Under the pieces are notes generated by a model. It did no database searches. It saw only the letters and a list, made by a program, of their open reading frames with translations, and had not been told where the DNA came from. The translations under genes and the position numbers were made by a program. Positions 17,091 through 26,979 of a stretch of DNA of 59,406 bases are shown piece after piece (the stretch's first letter is position 1; each line of letters starts with the position of its first letter). The DNA comes from an uncultured Gammaproteobacteria bacterium (GTDB lineage: Bacteria; Patescibacteriota; Microgenomatia; Levybacterales; UBA12049), in assembly GCA_964523705.1 (NCBI GenBank), contig CAZFYA010000004.1, positions 1-59,406 of the forward strand, written 5' to 3'.

Positions 17091-17828
17091 TTAAAATGTC
17101 GGTGTTGCAATATACGTAATTACATTTGTATAAACACCTGCTTCTTGTGTCCCTGAAATATTAACCTTATATGTTATTTGAGCTTGTTTAGTTCTTCCGA
17201 CATTAGTTCCGCTCATAACAACCTTAGCCGATGGTGAGGCATCAAAAGGACGATAATAATTGGAGCTTGAAAAATCAGTTGGGCAATCAGTTCCTGATAG
17301 ATTATCACAGCGATAACCAAAGCCATAAGTTAAGCTATTTGACCATTCAGTAGCGTTTGAGGGGGTACATAAGCCATCATCGCAAGCTGTATCAGGAATA
17401 GTTTTTCCAATACCAGGGGATAGAAGAGCATGGTTTTCAGATGCTGTTACCTGGTAACCGCTGGCAGAACCGTTAGAAATAGTTAAGGTATTGGTTCTTT
17501 CAACAGGATTAGTTGCAATTAATGAACCAAAATCAATATTGGTATCAGAAATTGTAAAAGTAAATGGAATGATTGAATAAATATATTGAAAGCCGGCCCT
17601 GACTTTGTAATTTACGCCGGTTTTGCTGTATAGGCCAAAGGCTGTTTGACCAACGGTATCGGTTAGTTTGTATCCTGAGCCGCTTTTTGCTCCTGCGGCC
17701 ATATTTAAGTTTCCCATCCAGATTATATAATCTTCATTAGACATTGTTTGAGCATAAGCGTTACCTATTAAAACTGTAAAGATAAAACTAAGAATAAATA
17801 GGGGAATAAAGATTTTTATTTTCTTCAT
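17091..17828 (-). CDS. Secreted WxL-like surface subunit (small, 245 aa)
   Basis: Signal peptide; FTFTISDTNIDFG; C-terminal GVYTNVITYIATPTF, the same terminal motif as 14586-16019. Confidence 0.55.
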   Translation of the reverse strand: MKKIKIFIPLFILSFIFTVLIGNAYAQTMSNEDYIIWMGNLNMAAGAKSGSGYKLTDTVGQTAFGLYSKTGVNYKVRAGFQYIYSIIPFTFTISDTNIDFGSLIATNPVERTNTLTISNGSASGYQVTASENHALLSPGIGKTIPDTACDDGLCTPSNATEWSNSLTYGFGYRCDNLSGTDCPTDFSSSNYYRPFDASPSAKVVMSGTNVGRTKQAQITYKVNISGTQEAGVYTNVITYIATPTF

Positions 17829-17838
17829 ACATAAATTA

Positions 17839-18480
17839 TTAAATATTTTCCTTTTTTTCCTCTCTTAAATCTTCTGTTTCTTCTAAAATTTCATTTAATT
17901 TTTCAACGTCTTTATCTTTTAAAGTTTCTTTTTCATCTTCTAAAATTTCCTCAACGTTCTCTGTTATTGTATCGGCTGCATCTTTAGCTCGTTCTTCCAT
18001 TGCTTCAATCTTAGCTTCGCTTTGTTCGCTTTTTTTGTATTCATTGCCAAAAAAGAAAGCTAAAGGAGAGATTAAAAGAAGAGAGCCAAGCCTAAGCATG
18101 TTTCCCATGACGTCATCGGTTAAAGCTTGAGGTAAAAATACCAAAGCAGATCCAAGGATAAAGATAAAAACACTGGCCGGTTCAAAAACAAAGGCAATTC
18201 CAAAGGCTAAGAAATACAAAAGGAAGAAAATAGGGGAGTATAGTCCATCGGTTGAGAAGATAAGAAGAAAAATAAGCGTATTTAGTATAAAAATACCCCA
18301 TGGACCCTCTCCTCCCATGTTTAAAAAACCTTTGCCTTTTTTCCTAGCAGAAAGCAAAAGGTAAACAAAGATAAGAAGACCTAGGATTGGAATTGTATAG
18401 GTTGAAAGTGGAGTTTGTTGCCAAATATATATAATTACAAAAGAAAGAATTAAAATTAAACTTTGGGAAAAGAATTTCAT
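17839..18480 (-). CDS. Multi-pass membrane protein with C-terminal acidic coiled coil
   Basis: ~5 hydrophobic helices, STDGLYSPIFFLLYF motif, then a charged helical tail; no catalytic motif seen. Confidence 0.65.
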   Translation of the reverse strand: MKFFSQSLILILSFVIIYIWQQTPLSTYTIPILGLLIFVYLLLSARKKGKGFLNMGGEGPWGIFILNTLIFLLIFSTDGLYSPIFFLLYFLAFGIAFVFEPASVFIFILGSALVFLPQALTDDVMGNMLRLGSLLLISPLAFFFGNEYKKSEQSEAKIEAMEERAKDAADTITENVEEILEDEKETLKDKDVEKLNEILEETEDLREEKKENI

Positions 18481-18537
18481 ACTTTAATAATAAGAAAGAT
18501 AACTTAAAAAGGCAAGAGGAGTGTGTAATAAAAGTGA

Positions 18538-18565
18538 TTGACAAATCGTTTCAATATGATACGAT
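18538..18565 (+). promoter_or_regulatory. Sigma70-type promoter of the Fic gene
   Basis: TTGACA-N16-TACGAT immediately before ATG 18574; the ORF-track TTG start is the -35 box. Confidence 0.5.
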
Positions 18566-18573
18566 TTATATAT

Positions 18574-19626
18574 ATGAATGATACGATTGATCCAAGACAA
18601 GGTTATATCCTGAATATAATTAACCAATCAGAAGGCTTGTCAAGAAGCGAAATTGAAAAGAAAATTAGCAAAATATATAAAATATCAAAGATAACTTTAA
18701 TTAGAGACCTTAATGATCTTATTAATACTGGTTTAATAAAAACAAAGGGGAAGGCAAAAAAAACAAGGTATATGGCGGCTTCTGTTAATCCCTTGCTTAA
18801 GTATTTTGATCTTAATCAATATTTTGAATTAGATCCAGATAAAAGAACAGACATTAAGACAAGCTTTAAAAGCGATGTTTTTAAGTATTTAAATAATTTG
18901 ATTTCAAGTAGTGAATTAGAAAATCTTCAGAAATTGAGTTTCTCTTTTAAAGATAAAATAAAACATCTTAATTCAGATATTTTAAAAAGAGAGCTTGAAA
19001 GGTTTGTGGTAGAGCTTTCCTGGAAATCATCAAAAATAGAGGGGAATACCTATACACTTTTAGAAACTGAAAGCTTAATAAAAGAAAAAAGAGAGGCAAG
19101 AGGAAAATCAAAAGAAGAGGCAATAATGATTCTTAATCATAAATCAGCATTTGATACAATTTTAAAAAACAGAGATCATTTTAAAGAAATTTCGATAACT
19201 AAGGTTAATCAGTTACATAATATTTTAGTTAAGGATCTTTCGATTTCTACAGGAATTAGAAAACATGCCGTTGGTATAACAGGAACCTTATATTGTCCGT
19301 TAGATAATGAATTTCAAATAAGAGAGAACTTAAAAAAAACAATTGATATAATTAATCAAACCAAAAACCCTTTTGAGAAAGCACTAATTGCTTTGTTTAT
19401 GATTTCGTACCTTCAGCCTTATTCAGACGGTAACAAAAGAACAGGAAGAATGTTGGCTAATGCACTTCTTGTGGCTAATAATCTTTCTCCAATTTCTTAT
19501 AGAAGCATTGATGAAGATGAATTCAAAAAAGCTTTAATACTTTTTTATGAACAATTAAGTGCATTTCATCTTAAGAGATTGTTTATTGGGCAAGTTATTT
19601 TTGCTAATATAACATATTTTAAATAA
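18574..19626 (+). CDS. Fic-domain protein with N-terminal winged HTH
   Basis: LSRSEIEKK..SKITLIRDLNDL HTH; WKSSKIEGNT inhibitory-type motif; YLQPYSDGNKRTGR Fic motif with His replaced by Gln. Confidence 0.85.
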   Translation: MNDTIDPRQGYILNIINQSEGLSRSEIEKKISKIYKISKITLIRDLNDLINTGLIKTKGKAKKTRYMAASVNPLLKYFDLNQYFELDPDKRTDIKTSFKSDVFKYLNNLISSSELENLQKLSFSFKDKIKHLNSDILKRELERFVVELSWKSSKIEGNTYTLLETESLIKEKREARGKSKEEAIMILNHKSAFDTILKNRDHFKEISITKVNQLHNILVKDLSISTGIRKHAVGITGTLYCPLDNEFQIRENLKKTIDIINQTKNPFEKALIALFMISYLQPYSDGNKRTGRMLANALLVANNLSPISYRSIDEDEFKKALILFYEQLSAFHLKRLFIGQVIFANITYFK

Positions 19627-19651
19627 ATATTTGATATACTAAGCCTAATTT

Positions 19652-22096
19652 ATGAATAAATATCAGCCAAAAGAAGTAGAAGAGAAATGGCAGAAAGTTT
19701 GGGAAGAGAAAGGCATATATAAAGCTAAAGATTCGCCAGCCGGCGGAAAAAAATATTATATCTTAGTTGAATTTCCATATCCTTCAGGAGACAGACTTCA
19801 CGTTGGACATGCCAGATCCTACATGGCAATGGATGCGCTGTCTCGAAAAAAGAGAATGGAGGGGTTTAATGTGCTTTATCCAATTGGCTGGGATGCATTT
19901 GGTCTGCCTGCTGAAAACTTTGCTATAAAAAGCGGTATTCACCCAAAAATTATAACCGAAAAAAATATTGCTAATGCTAAAAAGCAAGCTAAATCCTGGG
20001 GTTTATCTTTTGATTGGGATAGGGAAATTAATACAACAGATAAAAAGTACTACAAATGGACGCAGTGGATCTTTTTAAAGCTTTTTAAAAACAATATGGC
20101 CTACCAGGCAGACGTTTCAGTTAACTGGTGCCCAAATTGCAAAACTAACTTAGCAGATGAAGAAGTATTACCAGATGGAACACATGAGCGGTGTGGAGTA
20201 GAAACTGAAAAAAGAATGCAAAAGCAATGGCTGCTTAAAATTACCAAGTATGCAGAGAAACTCTTGGATGGCTTAAAAGAAGTTGATTATCCGGATAAAG
20301 TTAGAATTCAACAGGAAAATTGGATTGGAAAATCTACTGGAACAGAGATTATCTTTAAAACCGAGGACAAAAAAAATGAGATCCCTGTTTTTACAACCAG
20401 GCCTGACACTGTGTTTGGCGTTACAGCTTTAGTTGTTGCTCCAGAGCATCCTATAATAGCTTCGCTATTAAATTTCCAATTTCCAATTTCCAATTTCCAA
20501 TTAAAAGAAGTGGAAGAATACGTTGAAAAAGCTAAGAAAAAATCTGAAATTGAAAGATTGGCAATTGATAAGAAAAAAACAGGAGTAAAAACAGGCCTTT
20601 TTGTAATTAATCCGCTAAACAATGAAAAGATACCTGTTTGGGTAGGAGATTATGTTTTAGGTTGGTATGGAAAGGGAGCGGTAATGATGGTTCCTGCACA
20701 TGATCAAAGAGACTTTGAATTTGCTAAAGAACATAAGCTTTTAATAAAAGAAGTAATTACAGGTGGGGATATTAAGAATAGGGCACATGAGGGAGAAGGA
20801 AAACTTATTAATTCAGGTGAATTTAATGGGCAGGATTCAAAAAAGGCAAGGGCAAATATAACAAAATGGCTCAAAGAACATAATAGCGGATCAGAATCAG
20901 TTCAATATAAATTAAGAGATTGGGTATTTTCAAGACAGCATTATTGGGGAGAACCGATTCCTGTAATTCATTGTGATAAATGTGGAATAGTTGGAGTTAA
21001 AGAATCGGATTTGCCAATAGAACTTCCATATCTTAAAGAATATCAACCATCCGGTACCGGTAAGTCTCCACTTGAAAAAGTTTCCTCCTGGGTTAATACC
21101 AAGTGTCCAAAATGTGGAGGAAAAGCAAAACGTGAAACAGATACAATGCCCAATTGGGCAGGATCTAATTGGTATTATCTTCGTTATTTAGACCCTAATA
21201 ATGACAAGGAATTTGTTGGTAAAGATAAAATGAAATACTGGATGCCAATTGATATTTACCAAGGCGGATTCGAGCACACAACGCTTCATTTGCTTTACTC
21301 AAGATTTATTTATCGATTTCTTTACGATGTAAAAGAGGTTTTAACTAAGGAACCTTATGCAAAAAGAAGAGTACATGGAATAGTTTTGGGAACAGATGGA
21401 CGAAAAATGAGCAAATCCTTTGGTAATGTTATAAATCCGGATGAAATTGTTAATAAATTCGGAGCAGATACTTTAAGGATTTACGAAAGTTTTATGGGAC
21501 CGTTTGATCAAACAATTAGCTGGAGTGAAGAGGGGGTAGAGGGTTGTTTTAGATTTTTAAAAAGGGTTTGGCAACTGGCGGATGAAAAAACAACAGATGG
21601 AAACTCAAATAAAGAGCTTTTAGTTTCTCTTCATAAGACCATTAAAAAAGTAAGTGAAGATTTGGAAAGCTTTAAATTCAATACAGCAATTGCTTGCCTG
21701 ATGGAGTTTATAAATTCCTGGCAACAAGATAAAAAAGGACTTAATAAGAACGATTTAGAAAAATTCTTACTGATTTTAGCTCCTTTTGCTCCGCATATCA
21801 CAGAAGAAATTTGGCAGACAAAATTTTTAACTGCTAATAAGTTTATATCAATTCATGAACAAAAATGGCCGGAGTTTGATGAAAAGTTATTAATAAAAGA
21901 TAGGATAAATATTGTAGTTCAGATAAACGGCAAGGTAAGGGATACTGTTATTTGTGAGAAGAATAGTATTAAGAATCAAAAAGAAGTTGAAGAAGAAGTT
22001 AAAAAAAGCAGTAAGATAAAACAATACTTATTAGGAAAAGCAGTTAAAAGAGTAGTCTATATCGAAGGAAGAGTGCTTAATTTTGTAACAGACTAA
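19652..22096 (+). CDS. leuS: Leucine--tRNA ligase
   Basis: FPYPSG.LHVGH, GWDAFGLPAEN, TTRPDT editing motif, GGFEH, KMSKS. Confidence 0.98.
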   Translation: MNKYQPKEVEEKWQKVWEEKGIYKAKDSPAGGKKYYILVEFPYPSGDRLHVGHARSYMAMDALSRKKRMEGFNVLYPIGWDAFGLPAENFAIKSGIHPKIITEKNIANAKKQAKSWGLSFDWDREINTTDKKYYKWTQWIFLKLFKNNMAYQADVSVNWCPNCKTNLADEEVLPDGTHERCGVETEKRMQKQWLLKITKYAEKLLDGLKEVDYPDKVRIQQENWIGKSTGTEIIFKTEDKKNEIPVFTTRPDTVFGVTALVVAPEHPIIASLLNFQFPISNFQLKEVEEYVEKAKKKSEIERLAIDKKKTGVKTGLFVINPLNNEKIPVWVGDYVLGWYGKGAVMMVPAHDQRDFEFAKEHKLLIKEVITGGDIKNRAHEGEGKLINSGEFNGQDSKKARANITKWLKEHNSGSESVQYKLRDWVFSRQHYWGEPIPVIHCDKCGIVGVKESDLPIELPYLKEYQPSGTGKSPLEKVSSWVNTKCPKCGGKAKRETDTMPNWAGSNWYYLRYLDPNNDKEFVGKDKMKYWMPIDIYQGGFEHTTLHLLYSRFIYRFLYDVKEVLTKEPYAKRRVHGIVLGTDGRKMSKSFGNVINPDEIVNKFGADTLRIYESFMGPFDQTISWSEEGVEGCFRFLKRVWQLADEKTTDGNSNKELLVSLHKTIKKVSEDLESFKFNTAIACLMEFINSWQQDKKGLNKNDLEKFLLILAPFAPHITEEIWQTKFLTANKFISIHEQKWPEFDEKLLIKDRINIVVQINGKVRDTVICEKNSIKNQKEVEEEVKKSSKIKQYLLGKAVKRVVYIEGRVLNFVTD
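20471..20502. repeat. Heptamer tandem repeat (AATTTCC x4.6) in-frame in the leuS editing domain
   Basis: aatttcc x4 + aatt; encodes NFQFPISNFQL. Confidence 0.9.
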
Positions 22097-22101
22097 AATA
22101 T

Positions 22102-22719
22102 ATGAATAAAACCACTGCCTCTTCCAAATTAGCCTCAATTTTTAAGGAATATTGGATACCCATAGTTATTGGTAGCCTTGGGTTGATATGTTTAGGTTAT
22201 GGTTTGATATATTTGTTTGGATCATCTTCAAGTGCCAGTGAAATAGTTTTTGAAGCTAATGATAGTTCTAAGGAATCTTTAAAAAAGATTATGGTTGATG
22301 TAGAAGGAGCAGTTGTTAACCCCGGTGTTTATTCCTTAACTGAAGACAGTAGAATTCAAGATGCATTAATTTTAGCCGGCGGTTTATCAGCAGAAGCTGA
22401 TAGAACCTGGATAGCTAAAAGCCTGAATTTAGCAGCTAAGCTTTCTGATGCTACAAAAATATATATTCCAAGTAAAGATGAGAAAACTATTGTTGAGGAT
22501 ACCAGCTTAAATGAGGGTTCTTTAGGGGTAGATTCTAAGCAGATTAATATTAATACTGCTAATGAAAATGAACTTGACACCTTATATGGAGTGGGTCCGG
22601 CTACAGCAAAAAAGATAATTGACAATCGTCCATATTCAACTATTGATGACTTACTTTCCAAAAGCGTTGTTTCAAATAAAGTGTTTGAGCAGATTAAAGA
22701 TGACATCATCGTTTACTAA
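22102..22719 (+). CDS. comEA: Competence DNA receptor ComEA
   Basis: N-terminal TM; VDVEGAVVNPGVY SLBB domain; ININTA..ELDTLYGVGPATAKKII HhH motif. Confidence 0.93.
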   Translation: MNKTTASSKLASIFKEYWIPIVIGSLGLICLGYGLIYLFGSSSSASEIVFEANDSSKESLKKIMVDVEGAVVNPGVYSLTEDSRIQDALILAGGLSAEADRTWIAKSLNLAAKLSDATKIYIPSKDEKTIVEDTSLNEGSLGVDSKQININTANENELDTLYGVGPATAKKIIDNRPYSTIDDLLSKSVVSNKVFEQIKDDIIVY

Positions 22720-23962
22720 AAAACTTCTTCTTTTCATTTTGTTTTTAATGCTTATTCTTATTCTTCGTTTATTCTTTTTTTATCAAAATAGGCAAGAGTT
22801 AAAAACAGGAGAAAAAATAACTGTTGAGGGAACGGTTGCTTCAGAACCTAAAATAAATGGAAATTTTCAGAATTTTCAGCTTCAATTAAATGATGGAAAC
22901 AGAGTTTTTATCACATCTTTTTCAAATAAAGAATATAATTATCAAGATAGACTACTTATAATTGGCAGTCTTGAAAAGAGACTGCTTAATAATAATGAAT
23001 TATATACAATTTTCTTACCTGAAATTACTTTAAAAAAAGATATAATAGGTTCATTTTTAGCAGTCCCAAGTTTTATCCGCCAAAAAATAATTACTGTTTT
23101 TAATAATTTATTGCCTCCTGATCAATCAGCACTTTTACTTGGAATTGTCTTTGGGGTAAGAACAAATATTTCAGATAGTTTCATGCAAAACTTAAGATCA
23201 GCAGGGGTGTTGCATGTTATTGCTGCATCCGGAATGAATGTAACATTAGTTGGTGGTTTTTTAAGTTCCATGTCCATTCTTTTTTTAAAAAGACAATGGG
23301 CAATAATACTAACAATCTTTGGCTTATTTTTCTATGCCTTACTAGCCGGTCTTCAACCATCAATTATCAGAGCAACAATAATGGGATGTTTAGTTTTCTC
23401 AGCCCAGCTTTTAGGAAGACAATATTTTGCCTCTTTAGCTCTTTTTCTAACTGCTTTTATAATGCTTTTTATCTCTCCGTTTCTTTTTTTTGACATTGGC
23501 TTTCAATTGTCTTTTTTAGCAACCTTAGGGCTTTTATATCTTCGTCCAATCATTGATTTAGGATTTTCAAAGACATTAATAAGAAAACTGCCTGTAATTG
23601 AAGATTTAACAACTACAATAGCAGCTCAAATAACAACCCTTCCTGTTCTTTTGTTTAATTTTGGTAGTTTCTCTTTTTTCTCAATAATAATTAATGCTTT
23701 AGTTTTATGGACAATCCCCATTTTAATGGTTCTAGGAGGCTTAGGAGCTATTTTTAGCTTTGTTTTTGAACCAATGACTAAGCTTTTTATTTACCTTTGT
23801 ATTCCACTTTTAATCTATTTTGAAAAAATTGTTATTCTTTTTCCAAAGCTTAGCAGTAACATAAACCAGGAAAACATTCATTGGAGCTTAAGTATCGGTT
23901 ATTATTTAATAATTATTTGTTTGGTTTTGCTTTTTAAAAAACATGAAGATAAAAAGAACTAA
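22700..23962 (+). CDS. comEC: ComEC/Rec2 competence channel, membrane and OB domains
   Basis: Likely start ATG 22700; LLLGIVFG, AGVLHVIAASGMNV, PSIIRATIM, DIGFQLSFLAT motifs. Confidence 0.92.
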   Translation: MTSSFTKKLLLFILFLMLILILRLFFFYQNRQELKTGEKITVEGTVASEPKINGNFQNFQLQLNDGNRVFITSFSNKEYNYQDRLLIIGSLEKRLLNNNELYTIFLPEITLKKDIIGSFLAVPSFIRQKIITVFNNLLPPDQSALLLGIVFGVRTNISDSFMQNLRSAGVLHVIAASGMNVTLVGGFLSSMSILFLKRQWAIILTIFGLFFYALLAGLQPSIIRATIMGCLVFSAQLLGRQYFASLALFLTAFIMLFISPFLFFDIGFQLSFLATLGLLYLRPIIDLGFSKTLIRKLPVIEDLTTTIAAQITTLPVLLFNFGSFSFFSIIINALVLWTIPILMVLGGLGAIFSFVFEPMTKLFIYLCIPLLIYFEKIVILFPKLSSNINQENIHWSLSIGYYLIIICLVLLFKKHEDKKN

Positions 23963-24830
23963 ATACATATTAACTTTTTTCTCTTTAGTAATCCTTTTAG
24001 GAGGGCTTTTTACCTATCAACAAGCTAAATTTAATGACGGTAAGCTTCACGTTGTCTTTTGTGACGTAGGGCAGGGAGATGCAATTTACATTAGAACACC
24101 CAGCGGAAAAGATATTTTAGTTGATGGAGGACCAAGTGATAGAGTGTTAAATTGTTTATCAAGACACATGCCGTTTTGGGACAAAACAATTGATTTAATG
24201 ATATTATCACACCCTCATGCAGATCATATTACAGGCCTAATTTCCGTATTAGATAGATATTCTTTGATATATTATGCTAGTGAAAAAGTAGAAAATCTTA
24301 ACTTTTTACAAACAAGACTACAAGATAAATTAGCAGCAAAAAACCTAACTGCTAATTATTTAAAAACAGGCGATCGGATTGTATTCTCAGACAAAATAGA
24401 GATTAAAACTTTTTGGCCTGATAAAAACGCTGTAGAAAAATATACTATAGCCTCAAAAAGCGCTAATTTTGATTTAGATGCTAATGGTTTGTGTCTTGTT
24501 CAGCTCCTATCTTTTGCTGACTTTAAACTATTATTAACAGGAGATACGGATATTTCAGTTTTAAATAGGATTGAAAAAGAAATAGGAGACGTGGATATTT
24601 TAAAGGTAGCGCATCACGGTTCAAAAACAGGCACGAACAGTCAGTTTCTAGACGAAATTACACCGGAAATAGCAATTATTTCAGTAGGAAAAGATAATAA
24701 ATATGGTCACCCCACAAAAGAAGTGTTAGATTTATTAGAAGAAAAAAAGATTAAAACCCTTAGAACAGACGAGAATGGAGAAGTGGAGATAATTGTTGAT
24801 AGAGAAAAATGGATGTTAAATGCTAATTAA
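23943..24830 (+). CDS. Stand-alone ComEC-type metallo-beta-lactamase-fold domain
   Basis: FCDVGQGDAI, LSHPHADHITG, LLTGD, KVAHHGS, SVGKDNKYGHP. Confidence 0.92.
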   Translation: MKIKRTKYILTFFSLVILLGGLFTYQQAKFNDGKLHVVFCDVGQGDAIYIRTPSGKDILVDGGPSDRVLNCLSRHMPFWDKTIDLMILSHPHADHITGLISVLDRYSLIYYASEKVENLNFLQTRLQDKLAAKNLTANYLKTGDRIVFSDKIEIKTFWPDKNAVEKYTIASKSANFDLDANGLCLVQLLSFADFKLLLTGDTDISVLNRIEKEIGDVDILKVAHHGSKTGTNSQFLDEITPEIAIISVGKDNKYGHPTKEVLDLLEEKKIKTLRTDENGEVEIIVDREKWMLNAN

Positions 24831-26556
24831 TGGTCTTATGCATTATTGGGGGAATGATTGGTTTTTGATATTCTCTTTCATCAGAGGTAGAGACTCTAAG
24901 CAGTGGAAGGGAAAAAGAAATTGCTGTTCCTTTTCCTTCTTCCGAATCTACCCAAACATTACCGTTATGAGCCTCAACAATGCCTTTAACTATGTATAAG
25001 CCAAGACCTGTACCTCCTTTTGATAGTTCGTGTGGGGTTTTTCTAATTTGATAGAACTTTGAAAAAAGATCTTGTTGTTCGTTTTTGGGAATCCCAACGC
25101 CATTGTCCGAAACAGAGATGATTAATTGTTGTTTTTCCTTACTTACATTAACAGAAACAGTTATTTTTCCGCTTTCAGGGGTAAATTTAAGGCTATTTGA
25201 AACCAAATTATTTAAAACCTGTGATATTCTTAATTTATCAAATTCAAACAGGGGAATAGGGTTAAATGGAATAACGCTTAGTTGAATTTGTTTTTTATCA
25301 GCTTGTGGTTTAAAAGTAGTTATTGTTTTTTCAATAATTTCTTTAACATCTGAGGTTGATGGATTAATGGTAAACCTTCCTGATTCCATTTTTGCTGCAT
25401 CCAAGATTGAATTTATGCCTTCAAGAAGTGTTTTAGATTGTTCATCAATGATTTTTATAAGTTTTTCTCTTTCCTCATTTTTCATCTCTTTGTTATCAAG
25501 AATAACCTCCGATGAATATTTAATTGCGGTTAAGGGAGCTCTTAACTCATGAACCATCATATTGGTAAAGTCTTCTTTTATCTTGGAGATTTCTTTTTCA
25601 ATTGTAATATCATGAAGTAGAATTGAAGCTCCGATAACTTCTTCTTTACCTTGGTTTTCAACGTGAACAGGAGTAATAAAGGTTTGAAAAATTTTATCCT
25701 TTATATTAACTTCTTTTTCTTCAACCTCAATGTTTTTTGAAATTGCTTCGTTTACTTTTTTTTGTAAGTCATAGCCTTGACCCACTGAATGAAGTATCTC
25801 AACATAAGTTGGACTACTATTAGTTAAGCTTAAAAAGCTTTTAGCAGCATTGTTGATAATTAAGACCTGGTTTTTGGTATCAACCATAAATATGCCGTCT
25901 GCTAAGCTTCCAATCATTGAGGTAAGCTTTTCTTTTTCGTTTTCCAGTACGTCTTCAAGCTTTGATAAGGCTTGTGAGGCCTGATTAGTTATTTGATAAA
26001 GAATAGTCATTTCATCCTCTTTGTATAGACTTGGTTTAGTTGAGGAAACATTAATTAAACCCATAACTTTTCCATTAACAACCAAGGGAATATGAAAAAA
26101 AGAAGAAGGAGGTAATTTGTTGTTGTCATCAAGTATAACTCCTAAGAGCTTATCATCTGTTGTTTGAGGCAAGTTTTCAATTAAGGCAGAAAGAGAAGCA
26201 AGCATACTACTTTTAACATTGTTTACAAAGTTGTGACTAACTGCTTCTTCAATGTATGACTTAAAGATTAATTTATCGCTTTTTATAACAATAGAGGAGG
26301 CAGTTGAATAGGGAAAAAGCTTTTTTAGGCTGCCGGTAATAACATCAATTATTTTTTCAACGTCTAGGGAGTAGCTAACTCTATCCTGGATTTCCTTAAG
26401 CATTGAAATCTGATACATTTTTTGTTTTTGCTCGTTTTCTTTTTTCCTAAGCAAATTCTCTGTTCTGATATGAGTAATTAAAAGAAAAACAGTAGAAGCT
26501 CCAAAGATTACGGAGGCGAAAATAAGTATGTGCTCAAATATTTCGGGCAGCTGCAT
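24823..26556 (-). CDS. Sensor histidine kinase (TM-GAF-PAS-HisKA-HATPase)
   Basis: HELRAPLT H-box; NLVSNSLKF N-box; DNGVGI and GGTGLGL G-boxes; PLVVNGKVMGLINV GAF strand. Confidence 0.95.
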   Translation of the reverse strand: MQLPEIFEHILIFASVIFGASTVFLLITHIRTENLLRKKENEQKQKMYQISMLKEIQDRVSYSLDVEKIIDVITGSLKKLFPYSTASSIVIKSDKLIFKSYIEEAVSHNFVNNVKSSMLASLSALIENLPQTTDDKLLGVILDDNNKLPPSSFFHIPLVVNGKVMGLINVSSTKPSLYKEDEMTILYQITNQASQALSKLEDVLENEKEKLTSMIGSLADGIFMVDTKNQVLIINNAAKSFLSLTNSSPTYVEILHSVGQGYDLQKKVNEAISKNIEVEEKEVNIKDKIFQTFITPVHVENQGKEEVIGASILLHDITIEKEISKIKEDFTNMMVHELRAPLTAIKYSSEVILDNKEMKNEEREKLIKIIDEQSKTLLEGINSILDAAKMESGRFTINPSTSDVKEIIEKTITTFKPQADKKQIQLSVIPFNPIPLFEFDKLRISQVLNNLVSNSLKFTPESGKITVSVNVSKEKQQLIISVSDNGVGIPKNEQQDLFSKFYQIRKTPHELSKGGTGLGLYIVKGIVEAHNGNVWVDSEEGKGTAISFSLPLLRVSTSDEREYQKPIIPPIMHKTIN

Positions 26557-26606
26557 ATTTATCTATAGTATAAACCAACAATTAAAAGCTAACAACTAAG
26601 TATTAG

Positions 26607-26634
26607 TATTTAGAATTTAGTATTTAGAATTTAG
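26607..26634. repeat. Intergenic heptamer repeat (TATTTAG AATTTAG) x2
   Basis: Four consecutive 7-mers between the kinase and the upstream membrane protein. Confidence 0.75.
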
Positions 26635-26640
26635 AGGCTG

Positions 26641-26979
26641 CTAGGTGAGGCTTTCTAATTTATCTCCGGTTTTTTTACTGCCGATAACAATAATGTAGGT
26701 GCCGATAATAAAGAGAATTTCTTTAATAATTATTAATACGGTTATTATCTCAAGCATGCCTGAGGAAATTTGAGCATATGATTGAGCAGCGTCAATAAAA
26801 ATAGCCAGAGCAACAAATAAAACTCCGACTGAAATTGACTTAAAGCCACTGGCTAAAATTCCGGTTCCAAACTTTTTAGTAACCTGAATCATGATTACAC
26901 TGGCTACAATAGCTGCCATTGCTGAAATAAATGAACCGGCCTGAATAATTATTGATAAAAGTCTTTCAGAATCAATCAT
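26641..26979 (-). CDS. Small 3-TM membrane protein
   Basis: Three hydrophobic helices, FGTGILASGFKSIS; ATGA overlap with the upstream gene. Confidence 0.7.
   Translation of the reverse strand: MIDSERLLSIIIQAGSFISAMAAIVASVIMIQVTKKFGTGILASGFKSISVGVLFVALAIFIDAAQSYAQISSGMLEIITVLIIIKEILFIIGTYIIVIGSKKTGDKLESLT

Noticed and set aside
22700-24830. Split comEC as a frameshifted pseudogene
   Set aside because: Both ORFs have intact motifs, and the second has its own ATG and TM. Separate MBL-domain genes are a known ComEC arrangement.
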